Of a stretch of 64,000 bases of DNA, positions 40,708-51,005 are shown one piece after another; the first letter of the stretch is position 1; the number at the start of each line of letters is the position of its first letter. The notes under the pieces are model-generated. The model saw nothing but the letters and a program-made list of their open reading frames with translations. It did not search any database and had not been told where the DNA came from. The DNA comes from Candidatus Hodarchaeaceae archaeon (GTDB lineage: Archaea > Hadarchaeota > Hadarchaeia > Hadarchaeales > Hadarchaeaceae): assembly GCA_030018135.1 (NCBI GenBank), contig JASEGJ010000001.1, forward strand, positions 32,001 through 96,000, read 5' to 3'. The translations under genes and the position numbers were made by a program.

Positions 40708-41631
40708 ATGGCGCTGCGGTCCAAATTGGATTTAATAGCGGTTGGCAACCTTAACATCGACCTAATTGGTAGGATCAAAGGGCTCCCCGCTCGAGACGAG
40801 AAGTTGCTACTGGAAGAATTCGCACGATGTCCCGGCGGCGGGGCGGCAAACTTCGCGGTTGCGTGCTCCAGGCTGGGCTTAAAATCTGGCTTCATAGGGT
40901 GCGTTGGCAGCGATGAATTCGGCAAAGAAATTCTTGCCGACCTCGAACGGGAAAACGTGGATAAAACGCATGTAAAAATTGTCGACGCACCAACCGGACT
41001 CGTCTTCGCCCTCTCGACTCCCGGGGGCGATCATTTCTCAGTTGCATACCGAGGGGCAAACTTATTCCTAAAACCCGAGGATATCGACGACGACTACATC
41101 AAGAAAACTAAACTGCTGCACGCGAGCAGCGTCACACCTGAGGTAGCGCTCGCGGTTGGCTCAAAGGCCGAAAAATATGGGCTCTTGGCCTCGCTTGATC
41201 TAGGGGCAGAGCTGGCGGAGCTTAAGATAGGTAAGCTGCTCGAGATCATCGAACTTTTCGACATCTGCTTCATGAACCGAAGAACTTACAAAAAAGTCTT
41301 CAGGGGAAGGCCAAGCAAGAGAGGAATTTTGAAAAATTTCCCCGAGGGGCTCGAAGTTTTGGTCGTGACAATGGGTGCAAGGGGTGCCATGGCGACCGAT
41401 GGCAAAAGCGTAGCCTCCGGTCCACCGTACAAGGTTGAGGTGAGGGACTCAACCGGCGCGGGCGATGCTTTCGCTGCCGCCTTCGATGTCGTCTGGTTGC
41501 GGGGCGGGGACTTAGAAAAAGCCATTAGATATGCCCTAGCGGGGGCTGCAATTAAGATTCAACGCCTCGGGGCTAGGGAGGGACTGCCAACCATGGAGGA
41601 GCTCGAAGAGTTCGTGCGAACTCATGTCTGA
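40708..41631 (+). CDS. PfkB/ribokinase family carbohydrate kinase
   Basis: GGGAANFAV, VGSDEFG, DSTGAGDAF. Confidence 0.92.
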   Translation: MALRSKLDLIAVGNLNIDLIGRIKGLPARDEKLLLEEFARCPGGGAANFAVACSRLGLKSGFIGCVGSDEFGKEILADLERENVDKTHVKIVDAPTGLVFALSTPGGDHFSVAYRGANLFLKPEDIDDDYIKKTKLLHASSVTPEVALAVGSKAEKYGLLASLDLGAELAELKIGKLLEIIELFDICFMNRRTYKKVFRGRPSKRGILKNFPEGLEVLVVTMGARGAMATDGKSVASGPPYKVEVRDSTGAGDAFAAAFDVVWLRGGDLEKAIRYALAGAAIKIQRLGAREGLPTMEELEEFVRTHV

Positions 41632-41655
41632 TCAGACTTCGCCTGCTTTGGCTGC

Positions 41656-42525
41656 CTAATCCTTCGTGCATGCCTTCCTGACCGACTGAACTGCCCTCAT
41701 GTACTCCTCCACGCGTTTGACGCTGACCGGATTCTGCGCTATTCCCTTTTCCTTTAGACTTGTCCCCACGATGGCTCCGTCTGCATACTTCAAAAATTTG
41801 GCGATGTTATCCTTGTTCGTTCCGCTGCCCACCAAAACTGGACGGTTGGGGGCCGCCCGCTTGGCCCTTTTTACCTCCTCGAGCCTCGCTGGGAGGCCAG
41901 TCATCTTCCCTGTAACGATAATTGCATCGGCAAGGTAAAAGTCGGTCCAAGCTACGTGGGTCTCTAAGTCGATTCCGGGAAACATCACCGCGTGTTTTTT
42001 GCATACATCAGCGAAAATTTTGATGTGCTCAGCTCCCAGGTTCTTCCTGAACCTGAGCAAGTCTGCGGCGACGCCATGGTCGAATTCGCCCGTATCCCAA
42101 ACGAGCGCTCCGGTGTAAGCACAAACGCGTATGAATTTCGCTCCCGCAGCTACGGCGATCGAAAGCGTGACTCGGCCACCGTTATGGATCACGTTGACCC
42201 CAACTGGGACATCGACGGCTTTGACTACTTCTCCAGCAGCGACCGTCTGCGACGCGATTTCCTCCGGTGGGACATTGTCGCCCACGTAGTACGGGAGGTC
42301 CCACATGTTTTCCACCATTACTCCATCGACTCCACCATCAACGAGTGCCTGTGCATCTCTCAGGGCTTGCTCGATGATGGCATCCATCCCATATCCGCCA
42401 TATCCGGGCGAACCAGGCAGCGGCACTAGATGCACCATCCCGATGATCGGCTTCTTAACCCCAAAGATCTCCCTAAGGGACTTCAGGCGCTTGCCGTAGA
42501 ACTCTTCCACCCATCCGCTAGACAT
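41656..42525 (-). CDS. BtpA/SgcQ family protein
   Basis: IIGMVHLVPLPGSP, ENMWDLPY, FADVCKKH, ADGAIVGT. Confidence 0.92.
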   Translation of the reverse strand: MSSGWVEEFYGKRLKSLREIFGVKKPIIGMVHLVPLPGSPGYGGYGMDAIIEQALRDAQALVDGGVDGVMVENMWDLPYYVGDNVPPEEIASQTVAAGEVVKAVDVPVGVNVIHNGGRVTLSIAVAAGAKFIRVCAYTGALVWDTGEFDHGVAADLLRFRKNLGAEHIKIFADVCKKHAVMFPGIDLETHVAWTDFYLADAIIVTGKMTGLPARLEEVKRAKRAAPNRPVLVGSGTNKDNIAKFLKYADGAIVGTSLKEKGIAQNPVSVKRVEEYMRAVQSVRKACTKD

Positions 42526-42625
42526 GGCCTCACTTCGCGAGTTTGTATCTCAATAGGAGGTTGGCTCGATGAGTATAAATTTTTAACAAGAGTGGGCCAA
42601 AGGCTCTTTAACGATAGGCGATTTC

Positions 42626-43567
42626 ATGAAAAGGTTGGTCTTGGCGGTCGGGGATGCCAACGTGGACCTCATAGCTCGCATCACACTTTTTCCGAAAAAG
42701 GGAGGGGAGGCCTTGCTTGAACAGCTGGAAAGGCGAGCTGGAGGTTCGGCCGCAAATTTCTCCGTCGCAGTTTCCCGATTGGGGCTAAGCTCGGGATTCA
42801 TCGGAAGGATCGGAGACGACTCCTTCGGCCATTTTTTGATCGATGAGTTTAAAAGGGAAAAAGTGAATGTCGACCAGCTACAGGTCGACAAGGAAATCGG
42901 GACTGGTCTAACGTTCATACTAGTGACGGAGGATGGCGAAAGGACGATGTTTGGCTTTCGGGGGGCGAACGTATACCTCTCAGCTGATGAGATAGACATG
43001 GGCTATGTTCAAAACGCTGATGTCCTCCACATCTCTGGGTATTCGTTCCTCAGGGATCCCCAGAGGGAAGCCGCTTTGAAGATACTTGACGGAGCAAAAA
43101 AGGCTGGAACCTTCATCTCCTTCGATGCAGGGATCTTGCCAACCATGAAGGTCGCGAATCGTTTACGTGGAGTTCTGCGATCGGTCGATCTGTTGTTCCT
43201 AAGCGAGACGGAGGCCGAGTTGTTGATGGGCGTTAAAAATCCTGAAAATGCGGCCAGATGTTCTCTCAAGTTAGGGCCGAAGATCGTTGTGTTGAAATTG
43301 GGGGAAAGGGGCTGCCTCGTGTTGACCGAAGGGAAGGAAATCCTTTCACCTGCTTTCGATGTAAAGGTTGTGGACACCACGGGAGCTGGCGATGCCTTTG
43401 ACGCTGGCTTTCTCATTGGCGTCATTGAGGGGTGGAATCACGAAAAGGTCGCGCGATTCGCCAACGCCGTTGGGGCCCTCTCCGCCATGAAGGTTGGGGC
43501 CAGGGCAGCCCTGCCAACCACGGGAGAAGTCGAAGGATTTCTGAGGAGATTTAGAGCAGGGAATTGA
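42626..43567 (+). CDS. PfkB/ribokinase family carbohydrate kinase (second paralog)
   Basis: GGSAANF, IGDDSFG, DTTGAGDAF. Confidence 0.92.
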   Translation: MKRLVLAVGDANVDLIARITLFPKKGGEALLEQLERRAGGSAANFSVAVSRLGLSSGFIGRIGDDSFGHFLIDEFKREKVNVDQLQVDKEIGTGLTFILVTEDGERTMFGFRGANVYLSADEIDMGYVQNADVLHISGYSFLRDPQREAALKILDGAKKAGTFISFDAGILPTMKVANRLRGVLRSVDLLFLSETEAELLMGVKNPENAARCSLKLGPKIVVLKLGERGCLVLTEGKEILSPAFDVKVVDTTGAGDAFDAGFLIGVIEGWNHEKVARFANAVGALSAMKVGARAALPTTGEVEGFLRRFRAGN

Positions 43568-43646
43568 TCTAAAAATCAAATGTGGAAACTACGCCAACAC
43601 CAACTACTTAATTTACCATCCATCTATAGAGTGAAGGGGCCTAAAC

Positions 43647-43907
43647 ATGAGCACGGTTGAAATTGAAATACTTGGAATTGTCGCCGCCATTTTGGTAAAC
43701 GCGGCCTCAATTCCGCAGGTGTTAAAAACGGCCACGACGAAGCAGGTGAGAGACATTTCCTTACCCTTTTGGATGATATTGCTCATGGGCGCCTTCCTCT
43801 GGGCTATCTATGGGATTTTGGTTCGCGGGATTGCCCTCATCCTGTCCAGTCTAGTGACCTGTAGCTTGTGCTTGACGATGATAGCATTAATTTTGAGGTA
43901 TAGGTGA
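43647..43907 (+). CDS. SemiSWEET (PQ-loop) transporter
   Basis: 86 aa, three TM segments, IPQVLKT..RDIS, LWAIYG. Confidence 0.85.
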   Translation: MSTVEIEILGIVAAILVNAASIPQVLKTATTKQVRDISLPFWMILLMGAFLWAIYGILVRGIALILSSLVTCSLCLTMIALILRYR

Positions 43908-44665
43908 TGACCGTGCGATTGAAAAAGCGAATACAACCGCACATCATGTGCGGCGTGGGTGATGTCGCGAGATACGTCCTCCTTCCGGGCGATCCAAGGA
44001 GGGTGGAGAGGATCGCATCGTTTTTCAAGGAAGCGCGAAAGGTCGCGGAGTACCGGGGATTTGTGACCTATACCGGCAAAGTCGACAGGGTGGAAATCTC
44101 GACCTGCTCGACGGGCATCGGATGCCCGTCCGCAGCCATCGTCGTGGAGGAGCTCGCTAGAATAGGTGCTCAAACTTTGATCAGAGTCGGCACGACCGGG
44201 GCCCTGCAACCAGAGATAGAGGTCGGCGATATAATCATCGCCACCGCGGCCGTGCGCGCGGACGGCACGAGCAAGGTCTATGTACCGGCTGAGTATCCAG
44301 CTGTCGCGGACTTCGGCGTGGTTTCGGCGCTTACCAAAGCCGCGGAAAAATTGGGCACGAAAGCTCACGTCGGAAAGGTCGTGAGCACCGATGCCTTTTA
44401 CGCCGGTCAGCTTGATATCTGGGGCAAGGCGAACGTGCTATCGGCTGAGATGGAGTGCTCGACCATCTTCACCGTCGCTGGACTCAAGGGGCTTAGGGCC
44501 GGGGCAATTTTAGCCGTCGATGGCAACCTTACAAGGGGGGTCAAAAAGGGAGAGTTCGAGCCCGGCGAAAAAACCGGAGAGCTGGATGAGCGCGTGCAAA
44601 GGGCGATCGATAAGGAAATCGAGATCGCGATCGAGGCTGTGAAAATTTTGGAAGGAACTAAATAG
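43904..44665 (+). CDS. nucleoside phosphorylase (uridine phosphorylase/PNP-I family)
   Basis: LLPGDPRRV, STGIGCPS, IRVGTTG, AEME. Confidence 0.92.
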   Translation: MMTVRLKKRIQPHIMCGVGDVARYVLLPGDPRRVERIASFFKEARKVAEYRGFVTYTGKVDRVEISTCSTGIGCPSAAIVVEELARIGAQTLIRVGTTGALQPEIEVGDIIIATAAVRADGTSKVYVPAEYPAVADFGVVSALTKAAEKLGTKAHVGKVVSTDAFYAGQLDIWGKANVLSAEMECSTIFTVAGLKGLRAGAILAVDGNLTRGVKKGEFEPGEKTGELDERVQRAIDKEIEIAIEAVKILEGTK

Positions 44666-44682
44666 CGCACCGTTTCTTGAAT

Positions 44683-45489
44683 TTAGCGCCTTTGGAGCTG
44701 CCGCAGCTTTTTCACCTCCGCCATGAATGCCATCACCCGCGCGCCATCGACCGGATTCTCGACGATCCCGCCCGCCTTAAAGCTCGTGCCAACGATTGCG
44801 CCGTCCGCATGCTCGAGTAGTTTTGCTACGTTCTGCCTTGTCGTCCCGCTCCCGATCAAGACGGGTTTCTCGGGCACCGCTTTCTTCACCTTTAAGAGGC
44901 TCTGCAGTTCCGGCGCCTCACCAGTCCTGGCGCCCGTAATTATCAGGGCATCGGCGAAGCCTCTGTACGCCGCGTCCTTTGCGGACTCCTCGATCGGCCT
45001 CGCGCTCAAAAGCGCCCCGTGCTTCACGTGAACATCTGCGAAGATCTTGATCCCCTCGGCCCCCAGGCGGCGGCGGTACCTGATCAACTCGGGCGCACAT
45101 GCCTCGATGATTCCTTGATCGCTGACGATGGCCTCCGTGAAGACATTTACGCGTATGAACTCGCCGCCCGCGGCGTTTGCTATGGCCAGCGCCGCCTTGG
45201 CATCGTTTCTGAGCACATTGATGCCAACGGGCACATCCACCGCGTCTACCACCTCTTTGGCTATCGAAGCCATTGCTGAAACCGTCTCCGGGCCGACGTT
45301 CGCCTTCAGGTATGGGGCGTCCCCAAAGTTCTCAATCGTCAGGCCGTCGATGCCCCCCGCCTTTAAGGCTTTGGCGTCCTGAAGGGCGCGCTCGACGATA
45401 TCGTGGACGTCTCGACCATCGTATCTTGGGGAGCTGGGTAGCGGGGGGAGGTGAACCATGCCGATGATCGGCTTTTCCGCCCCAAACAT
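44683..45489 (-). CDS. BtpA/SgcQ family protein (second paralog)
   Basis: IIGMVHLPPLP, ENFGDAPY, GINVLRND, FADVHVKH. Confidence 0.92.
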   Translation of the reverse strand: MFGAEKPIIGMVHLPPLPSSPRYDGRDVHDIVERALQDAKALKAGGIDGLTIENFGDAPYLKANVGPETVSAMASIAKEVVDAVDVPVGINVLRNDAKAALAIANAAGGEFIRVNVFTEAIVSDQGIIEACAPELIRYRRRLGAEGIKIFADVHVKHGALLSARPIEESAKDAAYRGFADALIITGARTGEAPELQSLLKVKKAVPEKPVLIGSGTTRQNVAKLLEHADGAIVGTSFKAGGIVENPVDGARVMAFMAEVKKLRQLQRR

Positions 45490-45645
45490 TCCCCTCAGGA
45501 TTTTATCCCCAGCTGTGGCGATTTTAGGGATTTTCCCACCCGCTTTCTGTAAATTCCTCTTTCCATTTTACCGTTGCCCTGCCCTTTTCATGCAACCGCC
45601 CAACCTATTGGTTCCAGGTCGCCGACCATATGTCCGGATTAAGGG

Positions 45646-46647
45646 CTATTCCCTAATGTATGGCTTGCCTAGAGCTTTGGGGAAGGGTCTCCTGCCGATG
45701 AAAATTGTGACAATCACGAGAGGGACGATGTAAGGGACCATCTTGAGGAAATATGGCAAAAATGGGTATACCTTGGCGCCCGGCGTGATCGCCACTGTGT
45801 AAGCGAGGGCTTCGGCGAAACCAAAGATAAAGGCACCAGCGAGGGCGAGCAGTGGCGAGAGCCCCGCGAACACCACGCAGGCCAAGGCGATGAAGCCCCT
45901 GCCCGCAGCTATTTCCTTCACGATGCCGTCGAACCAAGCAAGAGACATGAAGACCCCGCCCAAACCTGCCATCGCTCCCCCTAGGGTACAAGTGAACATT
46001 CGGATGTGGTCAACCCTTTGGCCTGCGACATCGGCCGCCTCGGGTTTCTCCCCAGCGGCCTTTATTTTGATGCCGAGGAACGTTCGGTTCAAGATGATAT
46101 GGGCTATGATGGGTACTGCTATGGCGACGAAAATTACCGGACTCAAGAGCCCTATGGGGGTTAATATTTTTGGCACCAAAAACTCCTTACGAACCAAGTG
46201 GATTCCAGGAAATGCCCAAATGGCCATCAGGAGGAAGGGGAGGAATCCTATCCCAAATACATTGATGCCCATCCCCGCCACGACTTGGTTCGCCCTCGCG
46301 TAAACGCTCATCAAGCCAAAGATAAACCCGATAAAAGCACCCACCAGCGACCCCACTAAAAGTCCGGCTATCCCACTCCCTAAGCGCTCAGCTCCGAAAA
46401 CTCCAATAACGCAGCTTACGAGGAAAATCCCCTCCAGCCCGATGTTAACGACCCCAGCCTTTTCGTTGATACACTCCCCCGTAGCTGCGAGAGCCAATGG
46501 TGTCATCGCGAACAAGCCACTCCTGATTATATCCTTCGGTGGAACGCCAGCCCGATCCAGCAAATAAAGGAAGACGGTGATGGCGATCAAACTAATGGCG
46601 TACGCAAGAACCCTCTTAGAGAGACGTATGCGACCTATAGTAATCAT
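45646..46647 (-). CDS. nucleoside-type (CUT2) ABC permease
   Basis: EKAGVVNIGLEG, AAGEKPEAA, AGRGFIALA. Confidence 0.9.
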   Translation of the reverse strand: MITIGRIRLSKRVLAYAISLIAITVFLYLLDRAGVPPKDIIRSGLFAMTPLALAATGECINEKAGVVNIGLEGIFLVSCVIGVFGAERLGSGIAGLLVGSLVGAFIGFIFGLMSVYARANQVVAGMGINVFGIGFLPFLLMAIWAFPGIHLVRKEFLVPKILTPIGLLSPVIFVAIAVPIIAHIILNRTFLGIKIKAAGEKPEAADVAGQRVDHIRMFTCTLGGAMAGLGGVFMSLAWFDGIVKEIAAGRGFIALACVVFAGLSPLLALAGAFIFGFAEALAYTVAITPGAKVYPFLPYFLKMVPYIVPLVIVTIFIGRRPFPKALGKPYIRE

Positions 46648-47786
46648 TTGGCCTTCCTCCTTATTAATGCTAGAAGTCCAGGCAAAGCCATAGCTATGAT
46701 GATGACTCCTTGGATGGCCCCCACGAGCTCAGAACTTATTCTTATATCGAATTCCATGAACCTGCCCGAGTGCGCTAACCCTCCGAAGAATATCGCCGCA
46801 GGTATTATGCCTATTGGGTGGTTTCTACCCACTAAAGCCACCCCTATCCCGGCGAACCCATAACCCATCAAATCGCCCAGGGTCGCATGGAACCCCCATT
46901 TTTCCGGCCTTACCGCCAAACTGGCCCCAGCGAGCCCAGCTACCAGCCCGCCGATGATGAAGCTGAGGAATATCGCACGTGAAATACTCATCCCAGCGTA
47001 TCGGGCAGCATCCGGGTTATCTCCGACCAACCTGAGCTCGTATCCCGGGTGCATGCGCCACAAAAATATGTAAACTCCGATGCAGACGAGGAGAGCGATA
47101 AATATCACGGCCGTCAGGCTACCCGCAAGCACGGGGTAGCGTGCAGTGGGCAGAGCCTCCTTGGTTATGTGCGCCCAAATCCCCCTGAGATGATAAATTG
47201 CTAGGTACATAACGAGGTAGAAGGCCATCCAATTGAGCATGATGGTAGATATGACCTCGTGAACCCCTTTCCATATTTTAAGTAAAGCCGGTAGGACGGC
47301 CCAAAGGGCACCTGCTAACATCGCGAAAACCGTGACTGCGAACACGTGAAAGCCTGAGGGTAAGGCAACATGCGCCGCCATCCAAGATGCGGCCGCTGCC
47401 CCTATGTATAATTGCCCCTCGGCACCGATGTTAAAGAGCCCCGCCCTCACGCCGACCGCAAAGGTAAGCGCCGTTAGCATGTAAGGTGTCGCAAACGCAA
47501 GTGCAAACATGAATTCCCTTGTCATAAAAGTCCTTTTTGCGATGAATATACCATATCCCTTGAGCATCGAAATATACCCTTCTATCGGGTCGTGACGAAA
47601 TATGATCATAATCAGGGCTCCGACGATCAATCCTACAAATATAGCAAACGCGGATTCAATCAATGGGCGTTTAAGTCCCCGGATGTAGCCCATGAAAAGG
47701 TTCGGCAACTTAGAAATCATAGATTGAGAGAGGCGCAGGCGCACGAATTCACCCACATCCATTGGTTTTAACCAAGTATTTAACAT
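46644..47786 (-). CDS. nucleoside-type (CUT2) ABC permease
   Basis: GLFNIGAEGQ, EVISTIMLN, GDNPDAARYAG; start uncertain. Confidence 0.9.
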   Translation of the reverse strand: MLNTWLKPMDVGEFVRLRLSQSMISKLPNLFMGYIRGLKRPLIESAFAIFVGLIVGALIMIIFRHDPIEGYISMLKGYGIFIAKRTFMTREFMFALAFATPYMLTALTFAVGVRAGLFNIGAEGQLYIGAAAASWMAAHVALPSGFHVFAVTVFAMLAGALWAVLPALLKIWKGVHEVISTIMLNWMAFYLVMYLAIYHLRGIWAHITKEALPTARYPVLAGSLTAVIFIALLVCIGVYIFLWRMHPGYELRLVGDNPDAARYAGMSISRAIFLSFIIGGLVAGLAGASLAVRPEKWGFHATLGDLMGYGFAGIGVALVGRNHPIGIIPAAIFFGGLAHSGRFMEFDIRISSELVGAIQGVIIIAMALPGLLALIRRKAK

Positions 47787-47878
47787 TCAGTTCTATAGTT
47801 CTTATAATTGGGAACAAACTTAGAAACAAGTTCGTTTTTTTAAAGGTAAGGCAAAAAATAAAAAGAGAAAGGAGTGGG

Positions 47879-49171
47879 TTAGCCAAGGATGGCTCGCCAC
47901 TCCTTAACCGCGTTCTCAGTTACCGCCAGTGGAACTTCGACTGCGCCAGTACGTATCTTGCTCTCCAACTCCGCGACCGCTCCCCATATCCAAGCGGGTT
48001 GGTTGTCCCTCATCTCCGCTACTTTTTCCTTGATCCACTCGGGCGGCCCGGGAAGTACCGGCTCTCCGGTCAGTTCCTCCGCCTTCACGCCCATCTTGAT
48101 GAACTCATCTAGGTCCGCGAGGGTGCTGACGGATATCCCCTCCATCGGTATTCCAAGTACGGTGGTGCCGATCCCGAGCACTATCTCATTGCCGTACTCC
48201 GCCACAGCCTCTCTGAATTTGTTTTCCAGAACCAGCTTGGTGGCGTAGTAGACGCCGTAGTCGACCCTCTTCATCATGCTGGCGATGACGAACCCGGGGT
48301 TTATCCAGTCCTGATTCGCGTCCACGCCTATCCAGAAGGGCGGCCCCGCTTTCAGCCTATCCCTAGTGGCGATGTCCTTCACCGCGCTGTTTATCCCAAG
48401 CCCGAGCGGCCCCGCTATGTTGTAGACAGCGACGGCACCCTTCTCGTACATCGGCACGGCGGTTAGGTAACCCTTCGTGATGTCGCTGAATGTTCCGGTG
48501 TAATCATATAGGACCCTCTTATCCCTGGGCGTGTTATAGATGCCCCGCTTCATCTCGGGCTTGTTGTTCTCGATCCAGCCCATGGCCCAGTCGCATCCCC
48601 ACTTGTAGCCTATTTCGAACTTCCAAAGGACGGGGATCTCAATTCCAAAAACGCCACCGATGTAAGGTTTGTCGTAGTAGGCTGCAAGCAGGCCGCCGAG
48701 CGCGCCGACTAAGGCACTTCCCTTGTGCTCCTCGTACACCACATCAAGCAAGTTCGGCTGTGGATCCACCCACTTGGTAAATGTGTCGATGCCCACGAAA
48801 TTTTTATCCGGGAACTCCTTGGCCACCTCGATGAGGGCGTGGGTCAATAGGAACCCAACCCCGACGATAAGCTTCACATCTGGATCTAAAGCAGCTGTCC
48901 TCAGGTTCGGAACGTAGTCGGCTTCAACCATACTAATAATTTCCTTCATCTCAACGCCGAAATCTCTCTCGGCGTCGTCACCGCCCTTGAACGCCATATC
49001 GTTAAAGCTCAGGTCCCCTCTCCCGCCGATGTCGGAGACCACGGCTATCTTGAACACCGCTGGCGGCTTCACCGGAGGCCTTGTAGCGACATATGCACCA
49101 ATTACAGCTGCGGCGATGATTATGATTACTATAGCAATAGCTGTAGTCTTGGCAACTCCCTCATTGTCCAA
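47879..49171 (-). CDS. BMP family ABC substrate-binding protein (nucleoside-binding type)
   Basis: N-terminal TM anchor, GGRGDLSFN, IGVDANQD, SMMKRVD. Confidence 0.92.
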   Translation of the reverse strand: MDNEGVAKTTAIAIVIIIIAAAVIGAYVATRPPVKPPAVFKIAVVSDIGGRGDLSFNDMAFKGGDDAERDFGVEMKEIISMVEADYVPNLRTAALDPDVKLIVGVGFLLTHALIEVAKEFPDKNFVGIDTFTKWVDPQPNLLDVVYEEHKGSALVGALGGLLAAYYDKPYIGGVFGIEIPVLWKFEIGYKWGCDWAMGWIENNKPEMKRGIYNTPRDKRVLYDYTGTFSDITKGYLTAVPMYEKGAVAVYNIAGPLGLGINSAVKDIATRDRLKAGPPFWIGVDANQDWINPGFVIASMMKRVDYGVYYATKLVLENKFREAVAEYGNEIVLGIGTTVLGIPMEGISVSTLADLDEFIKMGVKAEELTGEPVLPGPPEWIKEKVAEMRDNQPAWIWGAVAELESKIRTGAVEVPLAVTENAVKEWRAILG

Positions 49172-49271
49172 AAGCCTTCTTATCTTATCACCTCCTTTTT
49201 AGTTGTAAAGCATTTTTAATAATAAGGCTTTCGGATATCGAATCTATCAACTTTCGTCCCCTTTGTGGCTA

Positions 49272-50972
49272 TCAAACCTTCGAGCCGGCCATCATCAGCC
49301 CTATCTTCTCCACCTTTGCCCTCGCCGCATCCACCGTGCCAACGATCTTACCCTCAAAAATTACGGCGATGCGGTCGCTCAGGGACATCACCTCGTCTAG
49401 GTCCTCCGAGACGAGTAGAATTGCCGTACCCTTTTCCTTCAGCCTCAGGAATAGGTCGTGAGTATGTCTGAGCGCCTTGAGGTCGAGCCCGTAGGTCGGG
49501 TGAACCGCGACGATCAAGCGCGGCTCCCGCCAAGTCTCCCTGGCAAGGATGAGCCTCTGGATATTCCCGCCCGAGAGTATCCTCGTCTCAGTCCGCCAGA
49601 GGTCGGGCACCATTATATCGTACTCAGAAACCATCCGCTCGGTGTGTCGAGTTATGAATGAACGATTGAGGAATGTCCACCTTGAAAAAGGCGAGGTCCT
49701 ATAGTCCTTCATGATCAGGTTCTCGGCCGAGGTCATGCCTTCGGCAACTCCCATCCTCCTACGCTCCTCGGGGATATGGACCATGCCGGCCTCCATAAGT
49801 TTCTTGGGCGAATGATTCGTCACATCCTTGCCGAAGACGAGCACCTTGCCCTTTATGACCTCCCGCAGACCGGTGATCGCCTCGACGAGTTCGCTCTGGC
49901 CGTTGCCGGCTACGCCGGCTATGCCCAGTATTTCGCCCTCCCTCACCGTCAAGGAGATGCCTTTGACTGCCAGCAGCCCCTTCTCATCGAGCACATGGAG
50001 GTCCTTGACCTCCAACGCTACCTCGCCCAACTTGACGGGTTTCCTCTTCGGGCGGAACGTGACCTCCCGGCCCATCATCATCCTCACCAATTCCCGCCTG
50101 TTCGTCTCCGAGGTCTTCCTCGTTCCAATCAGCTTGCCCAGCCTGAGCACGGTGACGCGATCGCTTACCTCCATCACCTCCTCGAGCTTGTGGGTGATGA
50201 ACACGACCCCGCGTCCCTCCCTCGCCATCGCTCGTAGGATGGAGAAAAGCCTCTTGGACTCCTCCGGCGTCAGCACAGATGTCGGCTCGTCTAAAATGAT
50301 CACCTCGGGTTCGTGATAGAGGGTCTTGAGTATCTCGACGCGCTGCTGCTCTCCAGCCGAAAGCTCCTCAACCCTAGCCTTTGGATCCACCTTCAACCCA
50401 TATCTATCGGATAACTCCCTGATCCTCTTCTCAACCTTGGAGAGGGGGAATGAGAAGTTGGATTCCGCTAGACCTAGGGCCACGTTCTCGGCGACCGTGA
50501 GCGGCCGCGCAAGCGTGAATTCCTGATGGACCATCCCTATTCCGTGTTCGAGCGCGTCCTTTGGGGATTTTATAGAGATGGGCTTTCCTCTGGCGTAAAT
50601 TCGCCCCTTCGAGAGACTGTAGAATCCGGACAGGATGTTCGCTAGGACCGTCTTACCTGCTCCATTTTCCCCGAGCAGCGCATGAACCTCGCCTGACTTT
50701 ACATCAAAGTTTATGCGGTCCAATATGAGGTGTTCCCAGACGCCGGGGAATCCCTTGCAGATTCCCTCCGCCCGCACCAAGATTTCCCCCAACTTCGGCT
50801 TTCGGGCGGCAGCACTCCTAGACCGCTTACTGCTCTCCCTTCGAAGCAGGATTTTTTTTAGAGGATTTAACATCAAAAAGGCCTTCGCGTATGACCTCTT
50901 AAAAGTGACCATCTTGGAAAAATATTGATTCTCGATAGCGCCGACGAATTTTGTTTCGGGGGCGCAACGCAA
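49272..50972 (-). CDS. CUT2 ABC transporter ATPase (two NBDs)
   Basis: GENGAGKT, GIGMVHQEF, LSGGNIQR; true start probably near 50873. Confidence 0.9.
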   Translation of the reverse strand: MRCAPETKFVGAIENQYFSKMVTFKRSYAKAFLMLNPLKKILLRRESSKRSRSAAARKPKLGEILVRAEGICKGFPGVWEHLILDRINFDVKSGEVHALLGENGAGKTVLANILSGFYSLSKGRIYARGKPISIKSPKDALEHGIGMVHQEFTLARPLTVAENVALGLAESNFSFPLSKVEKRIRELSDRYGLKVDPKARVEELSAGEQQRVEILKTLYHEPEVIILDEPTSVLTPEESKRLFSILRAMAREGRGVVFITHKLEEVMEVSDRVTVLRLGKLIGTRKTSETNRRELVRMMMGREVTFRPKRKPVKLGEVALEVKDLHVLDEKGLLAVKGISLTVREGEILGIAGVAGNGQSELVEAITGLREVIKGKVLVFGKDVTNHSPKKLMEAGMVHIPEERRRMGVAEGMTSAENLIMKDYRTSPFSRWTFLNRSFITRHTERMVSEYDIMVPDLWRTETRILSGGNIQRLILARETWREPRLIVAVHPTYGLDLKALRHTHDLFLRLKEKGTAILLVSEDLDEVMSLSDRIAVIFEGKIVGTVDAARAKVEKIGLMMAGSKV

Positions 50973-51005
50973 ATAAATGGAGATGTAAGTTATCTAAGGG
51001 GTGAT